A DNA stretch of 64,000 nucleotides, taken from assembly GCF_036321535.1 (NCBI RefSeq), contig NC_087436.1, positions 53,508,001 to 53,572,000 on the forward strand. The letters are read 5' to 3'. This stretch comes from Camelus dromedarius (lineage: Eukaryota). The notes beneath the pieces were generated by a model, which was not told the origin of the DNA, searched no databases, and saw only the letters and a program-made list of their open reading frames with translations. Below, piece by piece: positions 46,016-58,125 of this stretch (positions are counted from its first letter, which is position 1; each line of letters begins with the position of its first letter). The translations under genes were made by a program, and so were the position numbers.

Positions 46016-46314
46016 ACTAATAAGACTAATATGCTAAATATTTGTAGAATAAATACATGAAGAAATGAATGAAATATGCACACATGAATGCAGCCTAATA
46101 TCCCCGTCCCCCCTCCCTTTTTTTTTTTAGCTTCTCAGCAATGGCTTAATATTGAACTTGTATCAGCTTAAATGCCTAAAGCCTTTTTACTATGTGTGCT
46201 GTTAAAGACCATTGAGAGCCTAGTAATTTCTCAAGAGTCCCATTTCCCAGAGGTGGGATTTGGAGTGATTGGGTGTCAAATGCTATTGATACCCCATTCC
46301 CAGGCCCATTTTCT

Positions 46315-47804
46315 TTTTTTCTTTTTTTTTTTTAGTTGAAGTATAGTTGATTTACAGTGTTGTATTAGTTTCAGGTATACACAAAGTGATTCAGATAGAT
46401 ATAGATATAAATATAGATATAGATATATTCTTTTCAGATTCTTTTCCATTATAGTTTATTATAAGATTTTGATTATAGTTCCCTGTGCTATACAGTAGGA
46501 CCTTGTTGGTTATCTATTTTATATATTGTATTTTATATCTCTAATTCTAGACCCCTAATTTATCTCCCCCACCTTTCCCCTTTAGTAACTGTAAGTTTAT
46601 TTTCTATGTTTATAAGTCTGTTTCTGCTTTATAAATAAGTTAATTTGTATCATTTTTTATATTCCACATGTGACTAATATCATATGATACTTGTCTTTCT
46701 CTGTCTGACTTTCTTCACTTAGTATGATTATCTCTAGGTCCATCCATGTTGCAAATGATGTTATTTTATTATTTTTATGGTTGAGTAATATTCTATTGTG
46801 TGTGTGTATATATATATAGATATAGATACAGATATAGATATGTGTGTGCACATATATATGTGCGTGTGTGTATATATATATATATTATACACACTACATC
46901 TTTTTCCAATCATCTGTTGATGGACATTTAGGTTGCTTCTATGTCTTGGCTATTGTAAATAGTGCTGCTATGAACATTGAGGTGCATGTATCTTTTTGAA
47001 TTATAGTTTTTTAAAATTTTGTAAAATCATTATTTTTCTTCTTCCAGTTTTATGGAAATATAGTTGACATACAGCACTGTATACTTTTGGTAGGGGAGAG
47101 GGTGGTAATTATATATATTTTTTTAAATTCAGGTACTGGGTATCGAACCTAGGGCCTCCTGCTTGCTAGGCGCACACTCTAACACTGAGCTGTATGGTCC
47201 TCCCTTGAATTATAGTTTTCTCTGGATATATACCAGGAGTGGCATTGCTGGATCATATGGTAAGTCTATTTTTAGTTTTTTAAGGAATACCCCTATTGTT
47301 CTCCATAGTGGCTACACCGATCTACACTCCCACCCACAGTGCAGGAGGGTTCCCTTTTCTCCACATTCTCTCCAGCATTTATTATTTGCAGACTTTTTGA
47401 TGATGGTTATTCTGACTCATGTGATTGTGGTTTTGATTTGCATTTATTTAATAATTATCCATATTGAGCATCTTTTCATGTGCATATTGGCCATATATAT
47501 GTCTTCTTTGGAGAAATGTCTATTTAGGTCTTCCCATTTTTTGATTTTTTTTTTTTAATATTGGGCTATGTGAGCTGTTTGTGTATTTTGGAAATTAAGC
47601 CATTGTCAGTTGCATCATTTGCAAATATTTTCTCCCAGTCCATAGGTTGTCTTTTTGTTTAGCTTATGGTTTCCTTTGCTGTTCAAGAGCTTGTAAGGTC
47701 CCACTTGTTTATTTTTGTTTTTATTTCTTTTGCCTTGGAGACTGACCTAAGAAAACACTGCTACAATTTATGTCGGAGAATGTTTTGCCCTTGTTCTCTT
47801 TCTT
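46315..47804 (-). mobile_element. 5'-truncated L1 of about 1.5 kb, antisense, containing a nested SINE insertion
   Basis: Poly(T) at left; ORF2-end peptide FATWMDLEIIILSEESQTEKDKYHMILVTCGI; TSD aggcccattttct (46302-46314) / agacccattttct (47805-47817). Confidence 0.92.
47011..47204 (-). mobile_element. Vic-1-type SINE fused to an L1 3'-terminal fragment within one TSD pair
   Basis: Perfect 15-bp TSD ttgaattatagtttt at 46996-47010 and 47205-47219. Confidence 0.85.
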
Positions 47805-48183
47805 AGACCCATTTTCTAATGACATCATGGGAGTGTCTACCTTCCTTAGGAATCAGAGCCAGAAGCTCTTTTTCCTGAAACCTTGCTTTCAAAATCTCAC
47901 ATGGGTGGCCTGTAATACGGACCTGCTGGCCAAGTGACTAACCCTTTCCTATCCATTCTGAAGCAACAAGGGCTCCAACTGAGGATTGACATCTTCCCCA
48001 TCTCTGTCTTCTTCACAGATGAGCCCCTCTGAATCAAGTCAATGTTAAAACTTATGAGGTCAGGCCCCAAGAGTGTTGCAGCTTCGACTTTAATTCCTCT
48101 TAGAACACTGCCTCTCACTACCTAACCACCATAGGACAATATGAGAAGTCTAACTACTCTGAGACTTTTGTATAAGAGTCATG

Positions 48184-48185
48184 TT

Positions 48186-48251
<66 letters not shown>
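48184..48251. repeat. (TTTC)17 microsatellite
   Basis: Direct read. Confidence 0.95.
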
Positions 48252-48252
<1 letters not shown>

Positions 48253-48629
48253 CTGGATACTCACATAAAAATTCAGTGCAGGGACATTGTAGATATAAAT
48301 GTGAAAGGTAAAATAATACAGCCTCTAGATAATTGCTTTAGAAAATACCCTCATGACACTGTAGAAAGCAAATGATTTCTTGAACAGGCCATAAAAGCAT
48401 TATTTATTGAAGTCTCCCTTTTTGCCTCTGCTCAGCATGCCATCTTTGTCCCAAATCAAGTGTCCATATGTAAGTGGATTCATGTCTTGACACTATTAAA
48501 TTATATTAGTCTGGTTGGCTATCTCTTGCCTCTATATTGTACTGCCTTAATTACTATACCTTTATGAGTACTGGTATGTAAAAGAGCAAGTCCTGCCAGT
48601 TCTTTTTTCAAGAGATTCAGTCCTTAGTA

Positions 48630-50370
48630 CCAAGTAGGGTGAGGAAAGCATCCATGGGAGGGTGAGTGGAATCAACTAGGACAGAGTGTCAGCATTCAGC
48701 AGTGGTGAAAAAGCAGCCCATGCAGGTGTGGGGATTCATGCGGCTAAGAATAGGGTGTCAGTTCCTAAACAGAGTGTGTAGGGGAGTCTGTGCAAGGAGG
48801 CAGCATGACGCTGGGTGTCAGAGCCTGACATCTCACCTGCTCAGGCTGACACCCGCATTGGACTGCCTCTCGTTGGAGAGTCCCTCTTCATCTTGCTCAT
48901 GCTCTGATACTTGGTATAAAGAGGGTGTCCCCCAAGGGTATGGCCTTGAGTAGGATGTCAGAGGCCCGGCATGGTAACGAGAATATCTCTGCAGAGAGAA
49001 GATCCAGGCTTGAGTGTCCCCACCTGAGTAGGGTGAGAAGGGCATCACCACAGAGGGACAGCCTGGACATCCTTGATTGTGGAGACAAGGGTGCCTGCAC
49101 AGCAGGGCAGCTTGGCATGGAAAGTCAGAGCTTGATACGCATAAGGGGGGCCATACCCTTGGAGGGGCGGACCAACGTGGGGAGTCAGAGCCTGAATGCT
49201 GTGAGAAGGGGGCCCAAGGGGAAGGGGGCAGGGGAGGGCATCAATGGCAATGGAAATTGGTTGTGTATGTTGGATCCATCAAATACATATGTTAAGGATA
49301 ATTGAAGCCAGTTTTCTCTCTGTCAGAAAAGAGAGTAACAAATGTGAAATGATAGAAAACTAAAACAAACCCTGGGGTGTTGAATTAGAGGAATTAGTGT
49401 GAGCTGTGGTTTTCAATATATATGTATGAATGCAGACATAAATATTGATAGTAATGTAAGTATATGTGTGTATATAAACACATTCATTCCCTAACTCTGT
49501 GCACTGGGGAAGCCTAAGACCTGCAGCATACCAATAGCAAGGACCATACATCATGCCCAGATCTTGGCTTCTGTACATCAGTCTCTGCTAAAAAGAACCA
49601 AAATAATGGTAATGATGTAATAGACTATAGCCCATTGAATAAAATAGGAAACAATGAGTCATACTGCTGTAAAATGATGAACGCATAAACTGATAAGGAA
49701 TAGAATATTTACGTGGTTTCAAAATACTTTCCCACAAAATGCTTATTAATTACAAAGGAGGAAGTTAACTTCTGAGCTGCCAAGCCTAGCAGACACCATT
49801 TTTAACAAGCAATCAAAGTAAACACCATGAGCAATAGGTTAAATGGAAATTGTGTTCCATGATTCCAATGAGAAGAATGTAGGATCCAGTGAGAAGGATG
49901 TGTGTCCCTTCCAAAGATGCACAATCTGAATTTGGTCATAAGGGAACATCAGACAAACCCAGATTGAAGAACATTATACCAACAACTACCTAGTAATGGT
50001 GAAAAGAGTTATAGTCATGAAAATAAAGAAAAGACTAAGGAACTATTTTATACTGAGAGAAGCTAAAGAGACATGACAAAAACAACTCATGATTTTGAAA
50101 TGGATCCTTTTGTTCTAAAGGACATGATTTGGACATCTGGAAAACTTGAACAGGGTATGAGGATTAGATGTTAGTAATTATTAGTTGTAGCTTCCTGATT
50201 TTTATGGCATTGTGTGTTTATGTAGGTCCTGGTTGTAGGAAATACACTCTAAAGTATTAAGTGGTGTTGAGACATCAGGTAGGCAATTTACTCTGGTTTA
50301 AGAAAAAATAGTTTTTGTACTGTACTTAAAACTTTTCCCTAAGTTTAAGATTGTTTTCAAGAAATAAAGC
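48630..50370 (+). mobile_element. L1MC/MD-type 3'UTR including a G-rich, roughly 60-nt subrepeat array
   Basis: Recurrent gtcagagcctga..gggtgagaagggcatc units, then gttaaggataattgaagccagttttctc and cccagatcttggcttct. Confidence 0.65.
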
Positions 50371-51765
50371 CTCCTTCAATTAAAAAAAAAAAGAAAGAAA
50401 ACTTCATTCTATGCAAGGTATTTATAAAATAATATTTTATATTTGCTAGTTAATTTTTCTAATGCATAGAATGATACTTTTTTTTTTAATTATAGGCAGA
50501 GCCAGTGCTTAACCTACAAGTATGGCAAAAATTGCCTGATCTATTTTGAGGAAACAGCTTGACCTTGATTCAAATGCTTTAGTTTTAACATGTACCTATT
50601 TTAATTCTACTAGAAAGTGGTTTTTACAATTAATATTAATATTATATGTACTTGTGTATGTTTTTATGTTTATATGTACGCAGAGTAACAAAATAGCAGA
50701 AAGATGGATGACACAAATGCACATTTTAGCCGTGAACCACATAAAACATATCCCTGTGTGCTTACATACAATATTCATGTGTTCATCAGACAAAAGATCT
50801 TGTAAATTGTGTCTCCAATAATGAATCTTACTCACAAAATGAAATAGAATTAGTGGTTTTCTCTAGAAGTCAGTATTTCTTTACTTGTTACTGTAAAGTA
50901 ACTTTTCTGTAATATACTTTTTTAATTTTTAAATAACCAGATTATAATAGGTTGTTTACAATTCTAAGTAATGATATCTTTTTCTTTTTATTAAATTATA
51001 AAGCACTCAATGCATTCTAATATATGCTTTGATTAAATTATGAGTATGAATAACAAAATTTCTGTTGGTCTTGATTTGCCAACATGTATGTGGAATCATG
51101 ATTGGGGGAAATAATTCCCACACTTACCTCACACATAAACACAGAGGCTCTTAAAATATTTTATGACATTTTATGACATTTATATTTAAAATCATTTTAA
51201 ATGGACACAATAAATATTACTTGGTAAATATTTGTTAGTGCTTTTAAGAGGATGATTTTCTCACTTTATAAATAACATCTACTAGAGATAACAAGCCAGA
51301 AAATATAACAAAAACGATTTCTTCTATAAAACCAGTTTTAAAAATACCAACAAGTAGTTTGTTGAGAAATATATTAATTTCAAAAGGAGGAAATTTTAAA
51401 ACCTTTATTGAGAGACTTAAATAAATAGAAAGACAATATTCATATATAGGAAGGCAAACTTTTGTTTTAATGTCAGTTTATCCCAAGTTATTATATAAGT
51501 TTGTTATAATTACAATTAAAATACCAATGAGATATGTTATTGTTTTAATTGCTATTGAAATAACTTTCAATTTTATTTATTTTTTAAAACATACAAGAAT
51601 AGTCACAATATTATTGAAAAGATAATAAATTAAAAGGGAAGCCTAATTCTACCACGTATAAAACAATATGTGGTACCAGTATAATAATATAGTCCCATGG
51701 GACAAAATAATCTAGAAAGCAGAGTGATGGAGTCAGAAAAATAAGAATATCTGAATTCAAATTCT

Positions 51766-51917
51766 TTTTTTTTTTTCTTTCTTTCTTTTAGGGGGTGGGG
51801 GAGTGGGGCGGTGGTAATTAGATTTATTTATTTATTTTTAATGGAGGTACTGGGAATTGAATCCAGGACTTTGGGCATACTAAGCAAGCACTTTACCACT
51901 GAGCTATACCTTCCCCC
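51766..51917 (-). mobile_element. Vic-1-type SINE
   Basis: TSD ctgaattcaaattct (51751-51765) / ctgaattcagattct (51918-51932). Confidence 0.9.
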
Positions 51918-52399
51918 CTGAATTCAGATTCTGATTAATTTTTTTCTAGTTAGTTTCTCCTTGCCTCCGTCCTATGTATGAGAATTTATTCGTATATGAT
52001 GTATAATGAAAGTATTATAAACCAATACAAAAGGGGGAAATGACTGAATAAATAATCTTAGGAAAATTAGGTAGCAATTTAGAAAAAAAATTTTAATGAT
52101 GAATCAAGAGCAAAAATAAAAAATTAAAGGAAATAAAATTAGATAAGAATAACTGAAAGAAATTGGATATTTAGGAAGCCTCTGAAAGATTTTCTAAAAT
52201 TCTGTATTTAGAAATTATTTAAACAGAAGACTAAGTCCAAATTCAACTTTATCATGTATTTATTGAGCACCTGCATATCCTCAGCATTATTATAGAATCT
52301 CAGGATACGTCAGTAAACAACAGATGACATGGGGTTTGTATTCTTGAAGGTTCCAACAAGAATCAAATAAATAGATACCAGAGATAAATAACTGCTTTC

Positions 52400-52815
52400 A
52401 AGAAAAATAAAGAACTGTGTGGTACTGGCTTATAGACAGACTTTTAAATCAGTCCAGATTGATCATCCAGAAATAAACCTATACATTTATTTTCCAAAAA
52501 GTTGGAAACAACAATCTATGATGAATGAATTTTTTAATGTGTTATATCTGTACAATGGGATATTGTTCGGCCATAAAAAGAATGAGGTACTAATATGTGC
52601 TGCAGTGTCAGTGAGCCTCAGAAGTATTGTGCTAAGTGAAAGAAACCAAACACAAAAAGCCACATATTGTATGATTGCATTTATATGAAATGTTCAGAAC
52701 AGGCAAAACCATAGAGACAGAAATTAAATTAATGATTTCCAGGGGACAGAAGGGAGAATGGGGAGTGACAGGGTTTCTTTTTGGGTGATGAAAATGTTTC
52801 GAATTAGTAGTGATA
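52400..52815 (+). mobile_element. L1MB-type ORF2 end / 3' region
   Basis: gccataaaaagaatgaggtact..gctaagtgaaagaaaccaaacacaaaaagccacatattgtatgattgcatttatatgaaatgttcagaacaggcaaa. Confidence 0.75.
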
Positions 52816-53042
52816 GTCTTATTGTTCTTTTGAAAGTGATAATTTTTTTCCCTGTGAATGCTTTAAAGATTTCCCTCTGTCTTCAGTTTTCAGTAGCTTT
52901 GCTATGATGTGCCAGACATAATTTTCTTTGTATTTATCCTGATAGAGTCTAGAGCTTATTGACTCTAATGGCTTGATATGTCAGATTTTGAAAATTCTTA
53001 GTCAATGTCTCTCATTACACATATGTTAAAAAGCGAATTTCA

Positions 53043-54467
53043 AGGCATTCTGTCCAAGAAAGGTTTTAGAGTAATGATGATGAAGGTGTTCAGAGAACTC
53101 AGAAGGAGTATAGATGCACAGGGGAAAGTTTTTAGCAAAGAGTTAGAAAATATACAGAATACCGAAACAAAGTTGAAGAACAGAATTACTAAAAAGAATA
53201 ACACACTAGAAGGAACCAAGAATAGACCAAATAAGGCAGAAGAAGGGATTAGTGAGCCAGAAGATAGATTAGTGGAAATCACTACTGCAGAACAGAAAAA
53301 AGAAAAAAGAATGAAAAGAAATGAGGATAGTTTAAGAGAACTCTGGGATGTGAAGCACACTAATATTCACATTATAGGGGTCCCAGAAAGAGAAGAGAGA
53401 GAAAAAGGGCCTGAGAAAAGATTTGAGGAGATAATAACTGAAAACTTCCCTAACTTGGAAATGGAAACAGTCACTCAAGTCCAGGAAGCACAGAGTTCCA
53501 CACAGGATCTACTCAAGAATACACCGAGGCACATAGTAGTCAAATTGACAAAAATTAAAAATAAGGAGAAAATATTAAAATCAGCAAGAGAAAAGCAACA
53601 AATAGCATACAAGAGAACTCCCATAAAGTTATCAGCTGATTTTTCAGCAGAAACTCTACAGGCCAGAAGGGAGTGGCATGATATGCTTAAAGTGATGAAA
53701 GGGAAAAACTTACAACTAAGAATACTCTATCCATCAAGGCTCTGGTTCAGATTTGATGGAGATATCAAAAGCTTCACAGATAAACAAAAGCTAAAAGAAT
53801 TCAGCACCATCAAACCAGCTTTACAACAAATGTTGAAGGAACTTCTCTAGTCATCAAACTACAAGAAGAGAGATGCATGCACCCCAATGTTTGTGGTGGC
53901 ACTGTTGGCAGTAGCTGGGACATGGAAGCAACTTAGATATCCACTAACAGGTAACTGGATAAAGAAGTTGTGGTGTGGGGTGCTACTCAGCCATGGAGAA
54001 GAGTAAATTGGTGCCATTTGCAGCAGTATGGATGGACCTAGAGATCATCGTGCTAGGTAAGGTAAGCCAGGAAGAGAAGGAAGGGTTCCCTGTGATGTCA
54101 CTTATGTGTGGAATCTGGGGAAAAAAAGTGGAGCGGGGGAGAGGGGGGAAGATTAACTTATTTGCAGGGCAGAGATAGACTCACAGATGTAGAGGACAAG
54201 CGTGGTTACGGGGTGGCAGGGAGGGGTTGGGAATGCAGGATTTGCAGATGCTAACTACTGTGTATAGAATAGATAGGTATCAGGGACCTGCTGTGTAGCG
54301 GGGAATTGTGTTCAAAGTCTTATGGTGGCCTCTAGTGGGAAGGAGTATGAGAGGGAATGTTTCTATATGTATAGGTGAACTACTCTGCTGTACACCAGAA
54401 ACTAACACAACATTGTAAATCGACTATACTTCAAATAAATAAATATATAAATACATAATTTTTTTTC
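53043..54467 (+). mobile_element. L1-derived element: 5'-truncated ORF1 joined to ORF2 C-terminus/3'UTR (HAL1-like architecture); 3' part A>G hypermutated
   Basis: ORF1p features (coiled coil, NIHIIGVPE, IITENFPNL, TPRHIVVKL, LSADFSAETLQARREW, ILYPSRL), stop at 53850; ORF2-end homology from about 53868; A-rich tail; degenerate TSD aaaaagcgaatttca (53028-53042) / aaaaagtacatttca (54468-54482); flanks are an older antisense L1. Confidence 0.9.
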
Positions 54468-57400
54468 AAAAAGTACATTTCAGTGTGTAGCTATATACTC
54501 AGTTTCTTCTCAGAGTCCCATATGGTTTGTAGGCTCTTTTTAACATTTCCTATCCTTTCTCTTCTCTAACTTTCTGTCCGAATACAAGCCAACCCTTCCT
54601 TGTGCTGGGACCCCAAAATGTTATTATTTGGTGCCCTTTTCTTCTGATCTTAAATCATTAAAGAAAATAATTCTATCGCCTGCTAAGAAGGTGTTTATAT
54701 CTGACTGCCTCTACCCCCGGTAAAGAGTCTGCGTGTTTCACTTTATTCACCTGGTCAGCTCATGGAGTCACAGCTTCCTCTGGTCCAAATCTCATTTTTT
54801 CATTCCCGTTTTCTTTGATCTGTGGAATTTGATATGTATTTTATTATTTTACTGCCTCTTTAATGAAGCTATGAGTAGAAGAAAAAAACGCAATGTGGTC
54901 ACTCCGCCATGTTTAACAAGAAGTCATGTGTATAATACTATTCAGTGCTGGCAAGAGTGTCATAAAACAAATCATTCTTATAGATTTCTGATGGCAGTGT
55001 CCTTTTTTAAAAAAGTCTTGAAATCTGATTTCTCTTCTGAGAAGAAAGCCTAAATAAATCATGTAAAATTCAAAATTAAGAATGTTTTCTATGCACAAAG
55101 ATATTCACAGTAGCATACTTAACGAAATTTAAAATTTAAATTGACCTAAATACCTAATGATCTGGTACTAGATAAATAAATCGTGGAGCCTACATTTAAT
55201 AAAAAATTGGACAGTCCTTTACAATTGTTTGTAAAGATATGTATTAATATAGATAAATGCTATTATATTATGTTGACTGAAAAGAACAGAATTCTTTTTT
55301 AATTTACAGAAACAAACACAACTCAAAGCAGAAGCAAAAGTATAGAAGAAACATATCCAAATATGGACAATACTTACCTTTGGATGATAGAACAATGACA
55401 AATAGTTCTCTTCCTCTGCACGTTTCTACTTCCCAGTATGCCTAATGAGTGTGTGCTTTCTTAAAATGAGGGAAATGAAGGGAAGGCTATTTTAAATAGA
55501 AGAAACATTATTTCTTTAATTTACATACTATGCTATTAATAATAATATGAAACCCATGTTATTTGTCCAAAATTTCGTATTTCTTTTTAATTCATTGCAA
55601 GTTTTGGATTTTAGTTTAGTTATAAAGATGGAGCATTTTTCAACATACATTTCTTAAAAATAGTGTTTAAGAAAGAATTCTGGACTCACAAGCGTAACCA
55701 ACTCCTGGCACCACCTTCTCTACATTTCATAGAAAACATGTGTTTCGTTTACAATTCAGCCTCAAAATTAATTGACTCAAATTCTGTGCTAATACAACTA
55801 TAAAATGCAATGCCTCAGATAAATATCAACCAAGCACTACAAAGTTTAATTTGAAATGTGTTCTACATTACAGTCTGGTCTCCCTTAATACTGTTTAACA
55901 AATTAAAACGGCAAGTGGCATCATCTGCTAACCCTCTGAGGCAGCAGGAGATACTGGAGTTGCCTGAATTTATCTCTGCTGACATATTCTACAATGTACT
56001 ACAAGACTGTTCTAAGATTGATTACACATCCAAGTTGAACTAAAAGTGATTTTTTTTTTAAGTGGGTTTAGAGATGTGGTATAAAACAAGCACCATTCTG
56101 GTTTTCTGTTTTGAGTGCTTGTCATAAATCTAAAAGAATTGAAATCATTCTTCAGGGAGGGGTTGGGACAGCTACCCATAAATTGTGGAATCTTTGACAT
56201 ATACGTTAACACCAAAGCCACATTGCAGATTCTGAACTTTATTTCTCACTTGAACGGTGAAAATAATGGTGAAATACAAGCTAACAGGATCTAAAAGAAG
56301 GAAACTGATTACCAAGGAACATAACATTTATATGCAAGGAAATAGCCTTTTATAATCTGTTTATGCTCACAGCAACCCTTTTAGCAAAGAGAGAGCCCCA
56401 GGAAAGAAGCAAGAGGGAGGAAAATTCTTTTGTATCTTTCAATTTGGGCTCAATTTACATAGAATGATTTGTCCTGCTTTCCATTGATGGCACGGGGAAA
56501 GACAACTCCACTACGCCAAATCAGTTTGGAAATGAAAGACAAGCATCTGTTTGTTTTACAGATTGATCAGCTTCTTTTCTGATAGCTCAGCCAAGCTGCT
56601 TACAAGCCTTCCACAGCTGCCATTTTGCGCTGCTTGGTGGTACACTCTCTCACATGAAATGAGTTTCCTGATTTCTGTTGCTTGCTTTCTTAGCAAAATA
56701 GTCCTTTTCTATCAGTGTTTTCCAAGTTACTCTATTTGCATAGCTTTATGAATCTCAAAGGAACACACACCACGTAGCATATAAATTAGGAATTTTATAA
56801 TATCCATTCATAGACCTTGATTTATGTCAGGACTTCCATTCAGCTCTATTCTGGGCATGTCTGAAAGCAGTGCAAGAGGTAAGATCTACAGGGCCTAGCT
56901 GAGAAGGCACAAAGGAGAGGTCAGACATGCTCCCAAGGTCAGAATGTCTTTGTGAGGAAGCCACATCATCCAGCTGTGTGTACAGCTGCTGTTGTGAGAA
57001 TGACCAGTGTAACTGTGTGACGCTACTTAATTAAATGTCTCTTGATAATTCAAAAAGTGTCAGTCTGCAACTTGGGACTGCATAATCTTTCTACTTTGCT
57101 TCATTCCAGCCTCATAGGCATCAAAATGAATAACGCAACTGAATAATGCAATTCAGCCCTCTTTCTTTATCTTACAGATAAACCATATTTCTTTCCAAAC
57201 ACTTGGTACATTTAGGCAAGTTTTTTTTTCAATAATAGCCTACAACCAGAATATTAGTAATGCTAAGGATTCTCAAGTAATTTTATAATCATTAGTTACC
57301 TGTGTCCTGTAATGTATATTATGGTATTTCTTACAAAGATGAATAGGATATGCTTTCAAGGACTCATCTCATTTAAAGCATTGATATTAACTATAAGTAC

Positions 57401-57668
57401 TTGATTTTATAATTTATAAAAACCTAGGAAGACATGGCCATAAAATACTTTTGGAGGGTTCTCTGAAAAGTCTGATATTAGTGAACCTGCTCCTCTAAGG
57501 CTTCCATCCTCTTTTCAAATAAACAAAAGTAGAGGTCCCCAACAAAACCATGTTATGTTCCCAAGAGTCTCAAATATTGAAGGAAAATATTTACCATAAG
57601 ATCTCTTCCGTTCCACTTAGGGAGAAAGCATTTGATGAATTTAGGAAATTATCAAAAGAATCTTTCTA

Positions 57669-57792
57669 GGGGGGAGGGTATAGCTCAGTGGTAGAATGCA
57701 TGCCTAGCTTGCACAAGGTCCTGGGTTCAGTCCCCAGTACCTCCACCAAAAGTAATAAATAAATAGATAAATCTAATTATCTACCCCCCCAA
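57669..57792 (+). mobile_element. Vic-1-type SINE
   Basis: Perfect TSD aaaagaatctttcta at 57654-57668 and 57793-57807. Confidence 0.92.
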
Positions 57793-58125
57793 AAAAGAAT
57801 CTTTCTAACACTGTTAGTGATATTCAAAGACTGAAATGCAATCAGCAATTTAGTAGGGATATTCCTGACTTATTTGAAGAGTTGTATTATCTGTCTCAAC
57901 TCAGAAAATAAAGGAACAGCATCTAATATACAGGGAATTCATAGGATGCAGGCAGAGAGCTCTTGCCTGTGGAATTAGTAAAATAAAGCATTTGTGTTCA
58001 CTCTGTTTAGAGCCTGACTCATGTGTAAAGAATCTTGCCCATGCTGTGCAAGAGTACACCTGTGTTGGCTTAGGAGAGCTGAAGAAGCAGAAGACTGATT
58101 CTGAGGCCAGAGGGCCTTTTGGGAT

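Noticed and set aside
48630..49305. Cluster of 70-126 aa ORFs and spaced repeats resembling a gene or CRISPR-like array
   Set aside because: Diverged G-rich subrepeats continuous with an L1 3'UTR; eukaryotic context, no identical repeat-spacer structure and no cas genes.
53005..53850. 281-aa ORF as a host or domesticated gene
   Set aside because: It is L1 ORF1; its first ~13 codons come from flanking DNA, it is 5'-truncated and shows compensating frameshifts; no promoter or splice evidence.
53868..54380. APOBEC3 editing or ordinary age-related decay as the cause of the hypermutation
   Set aside because: APOBEC3 gives sense-strand G>A, and neutral decay gives mixed transitions; the sampled blocks show 25 A>G and 0 G>A, and the adjacent ORF1 and terminus are spared.
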